DNA of 63,886 nucleotides, the filler included, from an uncultured Myxococcia bacterium (GTDB lineage: Bacteria; CAZTWC01), in the NCBI GenBank assembly GCA_964617105.1. It is 4 parts of 4 records of this genome, joined end to end, with 100 filler letters (N's around TTAATTAATTAA, not from the genome) between each part and the next. Parts side by side here need not be neighbours in the genome. Positions count along the whole stretch, not along the records: positions 18,549 to 36,820 come from CAZTWC010000049.1; positions 36,921 to 55,017 come from CAZTWC010000050.1; 2 more parts are not named here. The stretch is one strand, 5' to 3'. This document shows, piece by piece, positions 28,560 to 39,828 of this stretch. The position numbers and the translations under genes were made by a program. Positions within the stretch are counted from its first letter, which is position 1. Every line of letters starts with the position of its first letter. Below the pieces are notes generated by a model that was not told the DNA's origin, searched no databases, and worked only from the letters and a program-made list of their open reading frames with translations.

Positions 28560-28727
28560 GGAAAATTACCTTATATTTATGGCCTGATAATGATGATTGT
28601 ATTTTACCTTAATAACCAGGATTGGCAAATTTTATACCATCTATTATTAAGGAATTGACAAAATATCTTGATCTGCCAAGAGTCAAAATGTATCATAAAC
28701 AGATACCATTCATTTCAGGGAGTTCCC

Positions 28728-29072
28728 ATGCGCTATTTAGTTTTGCTGATTATATTATCAATTCAACTGCTGATTATGCCGGTGGAAGTTGAGGCTAAAA
28801 CTCCGGCCGTATATCTGGGCGTGCCGATCTTAGAGGGCTCAAAAGAGATCTCCTCGGGACGGTTTAAATCACCCAGAAATTTAAAAAAGACGGTCAAATA
28901 TTATCAGCGGTGGGCTGCCGCCCGCCGGGAAGGAAAAGTTATAAAACTGATCACCCCGCCGGGGATAAAAGTTGTTTACCTGCACGGCACAAAAGAGGAA
29001 ACTAAGTGGGAGGGGATAAATATCTACCAGTATCAGCGGGATATTTTTTACTACATAATCGAGAGAGATTAG
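28728..29072 (+). CDS. Hypothetical exported protein
   Basis: GGGAG RBS, signal peptide ending VEA, RFKSPR and KWEGINIY motifs. Confidence 0.6.
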   Translation: MRYLVLLIILSIQLLIMPVEVEAKTPAVYLGVPILEGSKEISSGRFKSPRNLKKTVKYYQRWAAARREGKVIKLITPPGIKVVYLHGTKEETKWEGINIYQYQRDIFYYIIERD

Positions 29073-30113
29073 TCATTTCCAGCGCCAGGTAAGTAATAAG
29101 GGCGGGGTAACCTCCACCCGGTTCAAATTCTCTTCTTCAACCTGATTGATAGCCACCGGCCCCTCGTATTCATGGCCGTTGACATAGGCGTCAACAATAT
29201 TATAGAGCCATAACCCTGCTCCCAGGTAGAGAAAAATATTCCGGCGCCAATAGTGATTTTCAGCCGTGTCGTGGTATTTCACTGTATCAAACAGGTTTTG
29301 CTGGTATTTCTCTTCGGCATTTTTTCCCAACAGGTGAAAAGCGGCGCCTCCTGCCAGGCTGGCGCTCACTGCCCCCAGAATAGAGAACCCTTTGATGGTC
29401 TGGCGGTTGTAAATCTGTCCCCAGCCTGGGACGGCCAGAGATCTGAACAGAGCGCCTTCCCGGCTTTTCAGCACCAGGGAATCGGCGGCCAGCGATAGTA
29501 TCTGTTGATCCGGCAGAGTGGCAGTCTTGGCCACCACGGTCAGCGCTCCTTTAACCGAAACTATGCGGGAATTAACGATATATTTACCCCCAGAATGGAC
29601 CACGGAACCCATTATCAGGGCCTGGGCATCGCAGTTGGAGAGCAGTTTTTGGGTCATATCTGAGGATATATTGCCGGTCATCTGACCTAACTCTACCTCA
29701 CTGAAAACCTCTTTAAGCTGTTGCCGCTCCACCAGGTTGAAATTTTGGTCGCTTTTTAAGTGGGTAATCAGTTGAGAGGCCACAAAAAGTCCCAATTCAT
29801 TCTCTTTGGCTTTGGCACCCCCTTCAGTAAAACGCAAAACCGCAAAGCGCTGGAATAACCAACCAGGGGTTTTCTTTTTATATCCCCGGGCCAGATAGTG
29901 GGCCAGTTTACGCAGCACCACGGTCGCATCCTGGCTCTCATTGGATCTCATTTTGATGGCGGTAGAAGCCCAACCTGTGGACAAAGGCAGAGAAAAAGTG
30001 ATCAGGATTACCAGAGCCCATCCAATAAGATACCTGCAGGAGAGAGTTCGGGTACTATCCGGTTTATTTAGATTGACTTGATTGATTTTTATATAGTTTT
30101 GGGTCAATAGCAT
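29073..30113 (-). CDS. FlgO/CsgG-like periplasmic domain fused to a DUF5683-like domain
   Basis: FAVLRF, LVERQQLKEV..E..LG, ALIMGSV, VNSRIV; RSLAVPGWGQIYN; LYNIVDAY. Confidence 0.65.
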   Translation of the reverse strand: MLLTQNYIKINQVNLNKPDSTRTLSCRYLIGWALVILITFSLPLSTGWASTAIKMRSNESQDATVVLRKLAHYLARGYKKKTPGWLFQRFAVLRFTEGGAKAKENELGLFVASQLITHLKSDQNFNLVERQQLKEVFSEVELGQMTGNISSDMTQKLLSNCDAQALIMGSVVHSGGKYIVNSRIVSVKGALTVVAKTATLPDQQILSLAADSLVLKSREGALFRSLAVPGWGQIYNRQTIKGFSILGAVSASLAGGAAFHLLGKNAEEKYQQNLFDTVKYHDTAENHYWRRNIFLYLGAGLWLYNIVDAYVNGHEYEGPVAINQVEEENLNRVEVTPPLLLTWRWK

Positions 30114-31868
30114 TATTTTTCTCCCCCGTTAAAATCGAATATGGTAATTACGCCAGTATTATAGCCAACTACCATCACCTTTTGTTTATTGGGGCTCACT
30201 GCAATATGGGCCGGATCATTGGGGGAAATCATTTGGCATAGGCGAGTGCATTTCATCTGGGCCATCTCCTCCAGCGAAAGCATCAAAAGAGTGCCCATCT
30301 CGTCAACTACATAGGCATAATCTTTGGCAGCCCAAATACCTTTGGGGGATTTTCCTATAGGGATTACCGCTGATACCTGGTCGGTAGCGCCATCTATAAC
30401 CGATACAGTTCCGCTATTCTGGTTGGCTACCAGCACCATCCTCCTTTCTGGCACCGTTGTCAGGCTGACCGGGTTGCTGCCAACCATTACTTCTTTCAGG
30501 TATTTCAATTTTATTTTGCCCGGAGTGGAATCAGTAATTTCCACCACATGAACCAGGCCGGTTTTCGATTCGGTTATATATAGTTTCCCCTTGAGTATGG
30601 CCAGAAGATCGGGTCTGGAGCCCACCTTGAGGTTATCCAGAATTTTCATTTCCTGGGCAGAGATTACCGTAAGCAGTCCCACCTCCTTTTGCAACAAAAA
30701 GATGGTTTTGCCATCTTCGCTTACCACCACTCCTTTGGGGAATTTTAGACCTTTTAAAACCGCGTTCTCTTTGTGAGCGGTCAAATCTACTCTGGAGAGA
30801 CTGCCGTTAGTATTTCCATCCCTGGGGTCCAGGGCATTGGTTACGTAAAGTTCATCCTTTAGCGGGTTGACCGCCATATCCAGGGGGCTTTTACCAACCT
30901 CGATCTCTCCGATGGTGGTGTCAACCTCATCCTTTTCCAAAGAAACCGCTAAAAGATATCCTCTGGATCCCTCTTGATTGGTTATGTATAAATTTTTTCC
31001 CTGACGATCCAGCCGGGCAGCGGTAGGCACCTGAATGGTCAAACCCTGATTGGCTACCTTGAAATTGTCAGCCGGTACTGGGTGGATAAACTGTTGAAAG
31101 TAGGGGGCNNNNNNNNNNNNNNNNNNNNNNNNNNNNNNNNNNNNNNNNNNNNNNNNNNNNNNCTTCCAGCGCAACTGTATAAGTTATCCCCGGTTTTAAC
31201 TCTTTTATTTCAAAGGAGATATCCCCTTCAGTTTCAGGGGCATCGATTTCACCTTCTGTTACTGGTTGAAGCGGATCATTGCCGGCAGCAATATAGATTC
31301 GATATAGTTTCACCTCATCTTCAGGCGGATTTTTGGGAAAAGTGACTTGCAGCGAGGAAAATGATGTTGAAGAGAGGCTCAAAATCTTTGGGGCTTGAGG
31401 TGGTTTTTGCACTTCCAATTTACCAGCCTGCACGCAGTCACCTGGGGAAGTTCCCTGGGGCAGCAGTTTTAGGAGATCGGCAGAGGGGCAGGGCTGTTGC
31501 TTAATCTCTACCGCACTACTTCCCTGGGCTGGACGAAAGGCGGGGTCATCTACTTTAGCCTCCATAGTGTATCTTCCCACCGGCACATTGAGGATGTAAT
31601 AGAATCCCTGGGCATCAGTAACTCCATACAAGTGGTTAGCCGATTGCACCCACACTCTGATATTGGAATGATCTTCAGCATTTTCTTTTTTGGCCCAGCC
31701 AATAATGGTCCCTTTAGCCCGAATTTCTTCTGGTGCCCTGGGATCAAAAGGGTTGGAGTAATCCACCTGGGTTCCACAGGAGAAAAAAGGAAGTAGAGAG
31801 AAGACGCAGATAAGAATTGGCAGAGATAAAACAAATTTTGACCGCCAGACACTTTGGTAATCTCTCAT
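30113..31868 (-). CDS. Lipoprotein with carboxypeptidase-regulatory-like, FN3 and YVTN beta-propeller domains (N gap)
   Basis: FFSC lipobox, NPFDP, TDAQGFY, LKPGITY, repeated VG..P..LYVTN/LVAN units; gap at 31109-31162. Confidence 0.7.
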
Positions 31869-31965
31869 AGGTTGGCCCTCGAGTTAAGGGCGCTTACAAA
31901 AATAACTTCACATTCGCCATAATGTAAATCTATTTCTGAGCAAGCCCTAAGGGTTTAAAATTGTA

Positions 31966-32010
31966 TAGATCCTGTCCGAGAATTCCTTAGGGGTTTTCGG
32001 ACAGGTAATA
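31966..32010. repeat. Short inverted-repeat element (family member)
   Basis: TAGATCCTGTCCGAGAA..GTTTTCGGACAGGTAATA with perfect CCTGTCCGA/TCGGACAGG arms. Confidence 0.7.
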
Positions 32011-32106
32011 AACAATTCTATCGCACTTATTTTAGCAGTCAAGCTATTGTTAGGAGTTGTCTGGAAATTTGCTTAATGTGGATATGTTTTGACGCAACTG
32101 TCAAAT

Positions 32107-32148
32107 TAGTGACGGGAGAGATAATCCAAGGTTTTCGAACGGCAACTA
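32107..32148. repeat. Degenerate inverted-repeat element overlapping the GGDEF stop codon
   Basis: Right arm GGTTTTCGAACGGCAACTA; the terminal CTA is the gene's TAG stop. Confidence 0.45.
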
Positions 32149-32808
32149 TTTAATAACCTGATTCCGGCCAGTTTGTTTGGCGTGATATAATCTTTTGTCA
32201 GCGGTGTTTACCATCTGTTTGTGACCTTCATCTTCAGTATATTCAACCACTCCGCAACTAAAAGTCACATTGATTTTCTTGTCTGAGTTGTTGGGTGTAA
32301 AGGTAATATTTTCCAGACCTTGCCTGATGCGCTCCACTACTTTATGGGCAGTGACTTTATCCGTATCTGGAAGGATCACGATAAACTCTTCGCCCCCGAT
32401 TCTGCTGATGGAATCCATCTTCCGTAAAGAGGTTTTAACATACTTGGCAAACTGTTGGAGGATAAAATCGCCACATTCGTGACCATAGGTATCGTTGATT
32501 TTCTTAAAGAAATCGATATCTATCAGGGCCAGAGAGAAGTTGCTGCCATTATGACCCACCCGATTCAACTCCTGGGTGTATTTTTCATCAAAATAGCGCC
32601 GGTTGCCGATATTGGTCAAAGGGTCGATATAAGAGAGCCGGTGGTATTTTTTTAATTGACGGTTTTCTTGTTCCAGTTTTTCCAGTTGAGTCTGGAGACT
32701 GGTTATCTCTTCCCGCTGTTTACTGATGATGTTGAGTTGAATCAGATAGTTGATAATGCGGGATTTGGTGTTTTCCATCATTTTGTTGGCCTGGAGTTTG
32801 TTGTTCAT
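32146..32808 (-). CDS. Diguanylate cyclase (coiled coil plus GGDEF domain)
   Basis: DPLTNIGNRR, IDIDFFKKINDTYGH, RKMD I-site, RIGGEEF. Confidence 0.95.
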   Translation of the reverse strand: MNNKLQANKMMENTKSRIINYLIQLNIISKQREEITSLQTQLEKLEQENRQLKKYHRLSYIDPLTNIGNRRYFDEKYTQELNRVGHNGSNFSLALIDIDFFKKINDTYGHECGDFILQQFAKYVKTSLRKMDSISRIGGEEFIVILPDTDKVTAHKVVERIRQGLENITFTPNNSDKKINVTFSCGVVEYTEDEGHKQMVNTADKRLYHAKQTGRNQVIK

Positions 32809-32939
32809 AAAACTATCCTCATAGCATCATAAAGTGAGTTGCCTTCTGCAATTAAATAGATGCAAGAGCAATGCCAAAAATAGATCCCAGGTAAAATAAT
32901 TTGGCTGTCTGTTGGTTAATAATTGAAATTACACCCACC

Positions 32940-34943
32940 CTACAATAAAGCCCGAAAGTTATCGGCGATATTTTCAGCGGTAAAGCCATATTCCTTAAAG
33001 AGTTTATCTGCCGGGGCCGAGGCGCCGAAACCATCTATTCCCAGCACTTTGCCTTTCAGTCCGGTAAACTTCTCCCAGCCAATGGGCGATCCTGCCTCCA
33101 CTGCCAACCGGATCTCTATCTCTGGGGGCAGCACCTGGTTTTGGTATTCCAGGCTTTGTTGCTGAAACAATTCCCAGGAGGGCATATTGACTACCTGTAC
33201 CAGGATTCCCTTTTGCTTCAGCAGGCAAGATGCCGCCAGTGCAGGGTGGACCTCAGCTCCTGAGGCTATGATTATACCTGCGGGAGATTTGTCCAGAGCG
33301 TGGTCAAAGAGAGTATAGGCACCCTTTTGTAAATTGAGAGGGTCGGGGTAGATATCGCGGTCTAAAACCGTTAGCGATTGGCGCGAAAAGATTAGTGCGC
33401 AAGGCGCCTGCCGGTTTTCCAGTGCCCATTTCCAGGCCACCACCGCCTCCTGGGCGTCAGCCGGGCGAATTACCGTCAGGTTTGGTATGGATCTTAAGGA
33501 TACTAATTGTTCTATCGGTTGGTGGGTGGGGCCATCTTCACCCAATCCTATGGAGTCGTGGGTAAAGACATAGATTACCCCGAGTTTCATCAGGGCAGCC
33601 AATCTGATAGCTGGCTTCATATAATCGGAGAAAACCAGAAAAGTGCCGCCGTATGGGACTAACATTTTGTTCAGGCCGAGTCCGTTCAAAATGGCCCCCA
33701 TGGCGTGCTCTCTAATTCCAAAATGGATATTTCTGCCACCGTGAACGCTGCCAAAATCGCCCATTTCATTAATATAAGTATTGTTGGAAGGAGCCAGATC
33801 TGCGGAGCCGCCAATTATTTGCCAGTTGTTTTTTGCCAGTTGATTTAGAATTTTGCCAGTGACTTTACGGGTGGCTACAGAACTGCCAGCCTCATAGGAT
33901 GGTAAATTTTTTTGCCATCCTTCAGCCATCTCACCTTTCTCCATCTTCAGCCATTTTTTAGCCAAATGGGGATAGCATTGACCATATTCTTCGAATTTTG
34001 CTGACCATTGATGCTCTTTTAATTTTTTCTCCGCCACCAGTTTTCCAATATGGTTGGTGACTTCTGTAGGAACATAAAAGTTATCTTGATAATTCCATCC
34101 CAGATTTTTTTTGGTCAGTTCCACCTCTTTTTCGCCCAGGGGAGATCCGTGACAACTTGCCAGGTTTTCTTGGTTGGGACTACCCCGTCCGATTATGGTT
34201 CTGGCCACAATCAAAGAGGGATGTTTTAGGTCAAATTTGGCGTCCTGGATAGCGTTGGCAACCTCCTGGAGGTTATAACCGTCCACTTTTTGAACATGCC
34301 ATCCCATAGCCTGAAATTTAGAGGCCACATTTTCACTGATGGTCAACTGGGTGGGACCCTCGATACAGATTTTGTTGTCCAGGTAAATATAAACCAATTT
34401 TCCAAGTCCCAAATGGCCGGCCAGAGAGGCGGATTCTGAAGAAATCCCCTCCATAATGTCGCCATCACTGACCAGTCCGTAAACCTGGTGATCGATCAAT
34501 GAGAATTGAGGCCGGTTGAACAATTGACCCAGGTATTTTTCTGCCATGGCTAGACCTACACCAGTGGCAAACCCCTGCCCCAAAGGGCCGGTGGTCATTT
34601 CAATGCCCAATTGCGGGTCATACTCCGGGTGTCCCGGAGTTTTGCTTCCCAGTTGCCGGAAGTTTTTCAAATCCTCAAGGCTGATATTGTAACCGAAAAG
34701 GTGCAGTAGCGAGTAGAGCATGGAAGAACCATGTCCAGCCGAGAGGATGAATCGGTCCCGGTTAGGCCACAAAGGATTGTCTGGGTTAAATTTCAGAAAT
34801 TTGCTCCAGATTAAATAGGCCAGGGGCGAATCTCCCAGGGGTAAACCTGGATGTCCAGAATTTGCCCGTTGGATGGCTTCGATAGATAGTATTCTGATCG
34901 TGTTAATGACCAGTTCGTCTATTTGGGAAAATCGGTATGACAT
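32940..34943 (-). CDS. tkt: Transketolase
   Basis: SGHPG, NRDRFILSAGH, TTGPLGQG, SDGDIMEG, FGIREHAM, THDSIGLGEDGPTHQP. Confidence 0.97.
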   Translation of the reverse strand: MSYRFSQIDELVINTIRILSIEAIQRANSGHPGLPLGDSPLAYLIWSKFLKFNPDNPLWPNRDRFILSAGHGSSMLYSLLHLFGYNISLEDLKNFRQLGSKTPGHPEYDPQLGIEMTTGPLGQGFATGVGLAMAEKYLGQLFNRPQFSLIDHQVYGLVSDGDIMEGISSESASLAGHLGLGKLVYIYLDNKICIEGPTQLTISENVASKFQAMGWHVQKVDGYNLQEVANAIQDAKFDLKHPSLIVARTIIGRGSPNQENLASCHGSPLGEKEVELTKKNLGWNYQDNFYVPTEVTNHIGKLVAEKKLKEHQWSAKFEEYGQCYPHLAKKWLKMEKGEMAEGWQKNLPSYEAGSSVATRKVTGKILNQLAKNNWQIIGGSADLAPSNNTYINEMGDFGSVHGGRNIHFGIREHAMGAILNGLGLNKMLVPYGGTFLVFSDYMKPAIRLAALMKLGVIYVFTHDSIGLGEDGPTHQPIEQLVSLRSIPNLTVIRPADAQEAVVAWKWALENRQAPCALIFSRQSLTVLDRDIYPDPLNLQKGAYTLFDHALDKSPAGIIIASGAEVHPALAASCLLKQKGILVQVVNMPSWELFQQQSLEYQNQVLPPEIEIRLAVEAGSPIGWEKFTGLKGKVLGIDGFGASAPADKLFKEYGFTAENIADNFRALL

Positions 34944-35139
34944 TTTTTCTCCTAATAATTTTTTATCGCTTAAACGGTAGTAGATTAGCCGGCATTGAAA
35001 TACCGGAATATTAAAGCGCCAATAGACCTTTTAGAAATACCATAAACAAATAAGTATAGTTAAATTAGATTTGAAAATCAATGACTGGAAACAAAAAACA
35101 GTCAAAATTCAGAAAAACGTTAGCAACAAATAATATATG

Positions 35140-35169
35140 TTGACATGGAGTAATTTCTCGTGTAATAAT
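35140..35169 (+). promoter_or_regulatory. Sigma70-like promoter of sat
   Basis: TTGACA at 35140 followed 17-18 nt later by TAATAAT with an upstream TG. Confidence 0.6.
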
Positions 35170-35281
35170 GCCGTTCGGACCATTGATAATAAAGGCTAAT
35201 AGCCGATATTTATTTTGTAAGTATTAGTGTTAATGACGAATTTTATAACCTTTAATTAACTCGAAACGTTAGGAGGAAGAT

Positions 35282-36525
35282 ATGGCACTGGTTCCACCCC
35301 ATGGAAAAGAAAAAGTTTTAAAACCATTATTGCTGGTGGGCGCTGAACTTAAGAATGAAACAAAAAAAGCCCAGGGTCTGAAAAAGATCCCTATGACCAC
35401 TCGTGAGACATCAGATGTCGTTATGATGGGCATAGGTGCTTTCACTCCGCTAGATGGCTTTATGAGTGAAGCTGACTGGAAAGGTGTTTGTGAAAAGTTC
35501 ATAATGGCCGATGGCACTTTCTGGCCCATCCCCATCACTCTGTCGGCTGATAAAGATGTGGCAGATGGCATCAATGCCAACGAAGAAGTAGCTCTGCAAG
35601 ATAGTGAAACCAATGAAATTATCGCTACCATGAAGGTAACCGAAAAATACACTATCGACAAAGAATACGAGTGCAAACAAATTTTTACCACCAACGATAT
35701 GGAACATCCGGGCGTGGCCAAAGTTATGGGTCAAAAAGCGNNNNNNNNNNGATTAACCTGGCTGGTCCCATCAAGGTGCTGAGCGAGAGCTACTATCCCG
35801 ATAAATTCAAAGATATCTATGTCCGCCCGGCGGAATCCCGCAAGAATTTTGAAGATAAAGGCTGGAACACAGTGGCCGCACTTCAGTTGCGTAACCCTAT
35901 GCACCGCTCTCATGAGTATTTGGCCAAAATCGCTGTGGAAGTGTGTGATGGCCTGTTTATTCACCAGTTGGTTGGCAAATTGAAACCCGGTGACATCCCT
36001 GCAGACGTTAGAGTTAAAGCCATCAACGTGTTAGTAGATAACTATTTCGTTAATAACACCGTAGTAACTGGTGGTTATCCCATGGAAATGCGCTACGCCG
36101 GTCCCAGGGAAGCCCTGCTTCATGCAGCCTTCCGTCAAAACTACGGATGTAGCCACATGATTATTGGCCGCGACCATGCCGGTGTGGGCAATTACTATGG
36201 TCCCTTTGACGCCCAGAAAATTTTCAACGAGATTCCTGAAAACGCTCTGATAACCAAACCCTTGAACATCGACTGGACTTTCTGGTGCTACAAATGCCGC
36301 GGTATGGCTTCCATGAGAACCTGCCCCCATGGCAAAGAGGACCGTCTGCTCCTGAGCGGCACCATGCTGCGCAAGTCTCTCTCCGAGGGTAAAGATATCC
36401 CCGAAGATTTCAGCCGTGCCGAAGTTTTAGTAGTACTCAAAGAGTACTATCAAAGCCTGAGAGAAGAGGACAAGGTAGAGGTTAAATTGCATCAGGCTGC
36501 CACCGGTGATGTGGAGAAAAAATAG
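35282..36525 (+). CDS. sat: Sulfate adenylyltransferase (10-N gap causes an apparent frameshift)
   Basis: [61 protein letters not shown]. Confidence 0.95.
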
Positions 36526-36534
36526 TGTACTGTC

Positions 36535-36654
36535 GGTTGTCGATAGCAGCGCATCTACGGCGTTGCGCTAAAAAATTTAATCCTCAACGTATTATTCATA
36601 CGCCTGCGGTTAAATTGTTTAGCGCGCCTTGTATCTGCACTACTCTCGACAACC
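36535..36654. repeat. 120-bp imperfect palindromic element between sat and aprB
   Basis: Nested arms GGTTGTCGA/TCGACAACC, GCGCTAAA/TTTAGCGC, AATTTAA/TTAAATT and CGTAT/ATACG. Confidence 0.75.
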
Positions 36655-36743
36655 TTAGATTTAGTTCATTTTAATAAGGTATAATTTGATTTACAGAGTT
36701 TAGATCTGTAGTAACAACTTAACTTTCAGTAAGGAGGAAGAGA

Positions 36744-36820
36744 ATGCCTAGTTATGTTATTTCTGAAAAATGTGATGGATGCAAAGCACTCGATAAGACT
36801 GCATGCCAGCATATTTGCCC
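36744..36820 (+). CDS. aprB: Adenylylsulfate reductase beta subunit, 5' fragment
   Basis: AAGGAGG RBS; MPSYVISEKCDGCKALDKTACQHICP; directly after sat; cut by contig end. Confidence 0.9.
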
Positions 36821-36920
36821 NNNNNNNNNNNNNNNNNNNNNNNNNNNNNNNNNNNNNNNNNNNNTTAATTAATTAANNNNNNNNNNNNNNNNNNNNNNNN
36901 NNNNNNNNNNNNNNNNNNNN
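36821..36920. other. Artificial contig spacer
   Basis: 100-bp N run containing TTAATTAATTAA. Confidence 0.97.
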
Positions 36921-36932
36921 TCTCCTATTTTC

Positions 36933-37205
36933 TTAACCTCCTTTTTGGTCTCCTTTTTTAGACTCGCTGTTGCTTCCCGAGGGCTTATGTGGTTTTCGGG
37001 TGGCAATATTTATAATACTAATGAAAGAGCCAAACATACCTAAAAAGGAGCCGAATAACAAAAACCAGGGTGAGGTGGATAGATAGTTATCCAGGTAATA
37101 TCCTCCGGCCATTCCGACCACCATATATCCGGCTATGTTTGAACCCAATACCCAGTAAGGGGCTATTTGCCGGAAACCCTCATCATTTTTGTTATCTTTA
37201 TCCAT
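36933..37205 (-). CDS. AtpZ/AtpI-family ATP synthase accessory protein
   Basis: GYYLDNYLSTSPWFLLFG motif, two TM helices; follows hemL. Confidence 0.8.
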   Translation of the reverse strand: MDKDNKNDEGFRQIAPYWVLGSNIAGYMVVGMAGGYYLDNYLSTSPWFLLFGSFLGMFGSFISIINIATRKPHKPSGSNSESKKGDQKGG

Positions 37206-37261
37206 ACTTTAAAGTAAGAGCTATTTATCATAATTTTAGATGGGAGTCAATCAAAAAAAAA

Positions 37262-38545
<1,284 letters not shown>

Positions 38546-38586
38546 AACTATCCCTTCACATAATAATCTAGTTCCATCGTTATCAT

Positions 38587-39828
38587 CTATGGCCTGCCAG
38601 GGTATTGGTTTCCCCTCCCCTGGAACTGTTGTTTCCGCTCGTATTCTTCGGCTGCGAACTCTTTATACTGTTCAATGTTGTCTCTGGCTTCCACATTGCG
38701 GTAATCGTTGATGTCGGGAATGAGGATGGTGATCTCCTTCAGGGTTTTTACCGCCAATTGAAACTGGTTAAACTGGATGGCTTTTCGAACTGTAAACATT
38801 TTTAAATTATAGGCTGACTGGATATCCTGTTCAATCTCTTTAATTTTGTCCAGGGCTTCAAAATAGATATCTGGCCTCTCCGATAAAAGTTCTAAAAAGT
38901 CGCGGCACTGCCTATAATAATTTAAGGCTTTATACCGGTTACTCAGGTGGATTTTAGCGGCTCGAAAAGTTTTATCCGCCAAAAGAAACAGGCTGCGGGC
39001 CTGGGCTGGATTTGGGCTGGGGAGAGGGTCTTCGGTCACATAAATCTGGGCAATCCCCCATCTCTCTTTTTTGGGTGGATTGAAAGTATTGTTAAACACC
39101 AGCAAGTTTTTTTCTTCAAGGTTTAGTAATTCTCTGGGAAGAGGAATAGAGATTCCACTGATCCATGTGCCTATGGCCAGGGGAGCAAAACAGATACGCT
39201 TGCCATTGAGCAGGACCTCCAGTTCATTGGAGAAGTCGATGGAACCGGCAGTAAAGTGCAGGGTAGCCCGTCCATTTTGATATTTAAAGGTGAACTGGGC
39301 CTGGCTGTAACTTCGGACCTGCACGTTTCCCTGACCGTAAGATACCTCGGAAGGTACGGCAGAGAGAGGAAAGATCTGGTTTGAGTGATCTGATGTAAAC
39401 TTTTTGTTTTGCCTGAATAAGGTTATGGATAATAGCAGAACCCCAACTATAACCAGTATCACGATACTTTTTTTGGTAAAAATTGGTTTTCTTTCAGGTT
39501 TTTCATCCTCTTTATCCAGGGCGAGTGATTTTTCCCGCCTAAATATTAACACGGCATCGCCCAGTTTGATCTGGTCTCCCTCCCTTAACATTACCCGGTC
39601 GATTTTTTTATCATTTACCCAGGTGCCGTTGGTGCTGGCCATATCTTCAATATATATCTCTCCACTCAGTTGCGCTAAAGTTGCATGCTTACGTGATATC
39701 CCATTGAAATCTAACACCAGGTCCATATTCTCTGAGCGGCCCAGCAGCAGGGGGAGTTTTTGAGAGGTAAACTGGTCGATTATTTTGCCATCAACCAGGA
39801 CGTCTAGACGGAAATTCAAACTGTTCAT
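38587..39828 (-). CDS. FHA domain plus TM plus periplasmic helical-domain protein
   Basis: LGRS..ISRKHA..DMASTNGT FHA motif, TM at about aa 120-138; overlaps the tadC stop. Confidence 0.85.
   Translation of the reverse strand: MNSLNFRLDVLVDGKIIDQFTSQKLPLLLGRSENMDLVLDFNGISRKHATLAQLSGEIYIEDMASTNGTWVNDKKIDRVMLREGDQIKLGDAVLIFRREKSLALDKEDEKPERKPIFTKKSIVILVIVGVLLLSITLFRQNKKFTSDHSNQIFPLSAVPSEVSYGQGNVQVRSYSQAQFTFKYQNGRATLHFTAGSIDFSNELEVLLNGKRICFAPLAIGTWISGISIPLPRELLNLEEKNLLVFNNTFNPPKKERWGIAQIYVTEDPLPSPNPAQARSLFLLADKTFRAAKIHLSNRYKALNYYRQCRDFLELLSERPDIYFEALDKIKEIEQDIQSAYNLKMFTVRKAIQFNQFQLAVKTLKEITILIPDINDYRNVEARDNIEQYKEFAAEEYERKQQFQGRGNQYPGRP

Noticed and set aside
32088-32105. TTTGAC-N6-GTCAAA palindrome as an FNR/CRP-type site
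   Set aside because: It fits neither the FNR spacing nor the CRP half-sites and occurs once; no regulator can be assigned.
35040-35281. Rex operator in the sat promoter
   Set aside because: Expected from sulfate-reducer biology, but no convincing TTGTGAA-N4-TTCACAA-like palindrome is visible.
35282-36525. Apparent frameshifts in sat, and in the genes at 10842, 18549, 30113 and 55271
   Set aside because: Each frame change coincides with an N gap of estimated length, so there is no evidence for pseudogenes or programmed frameshifting.
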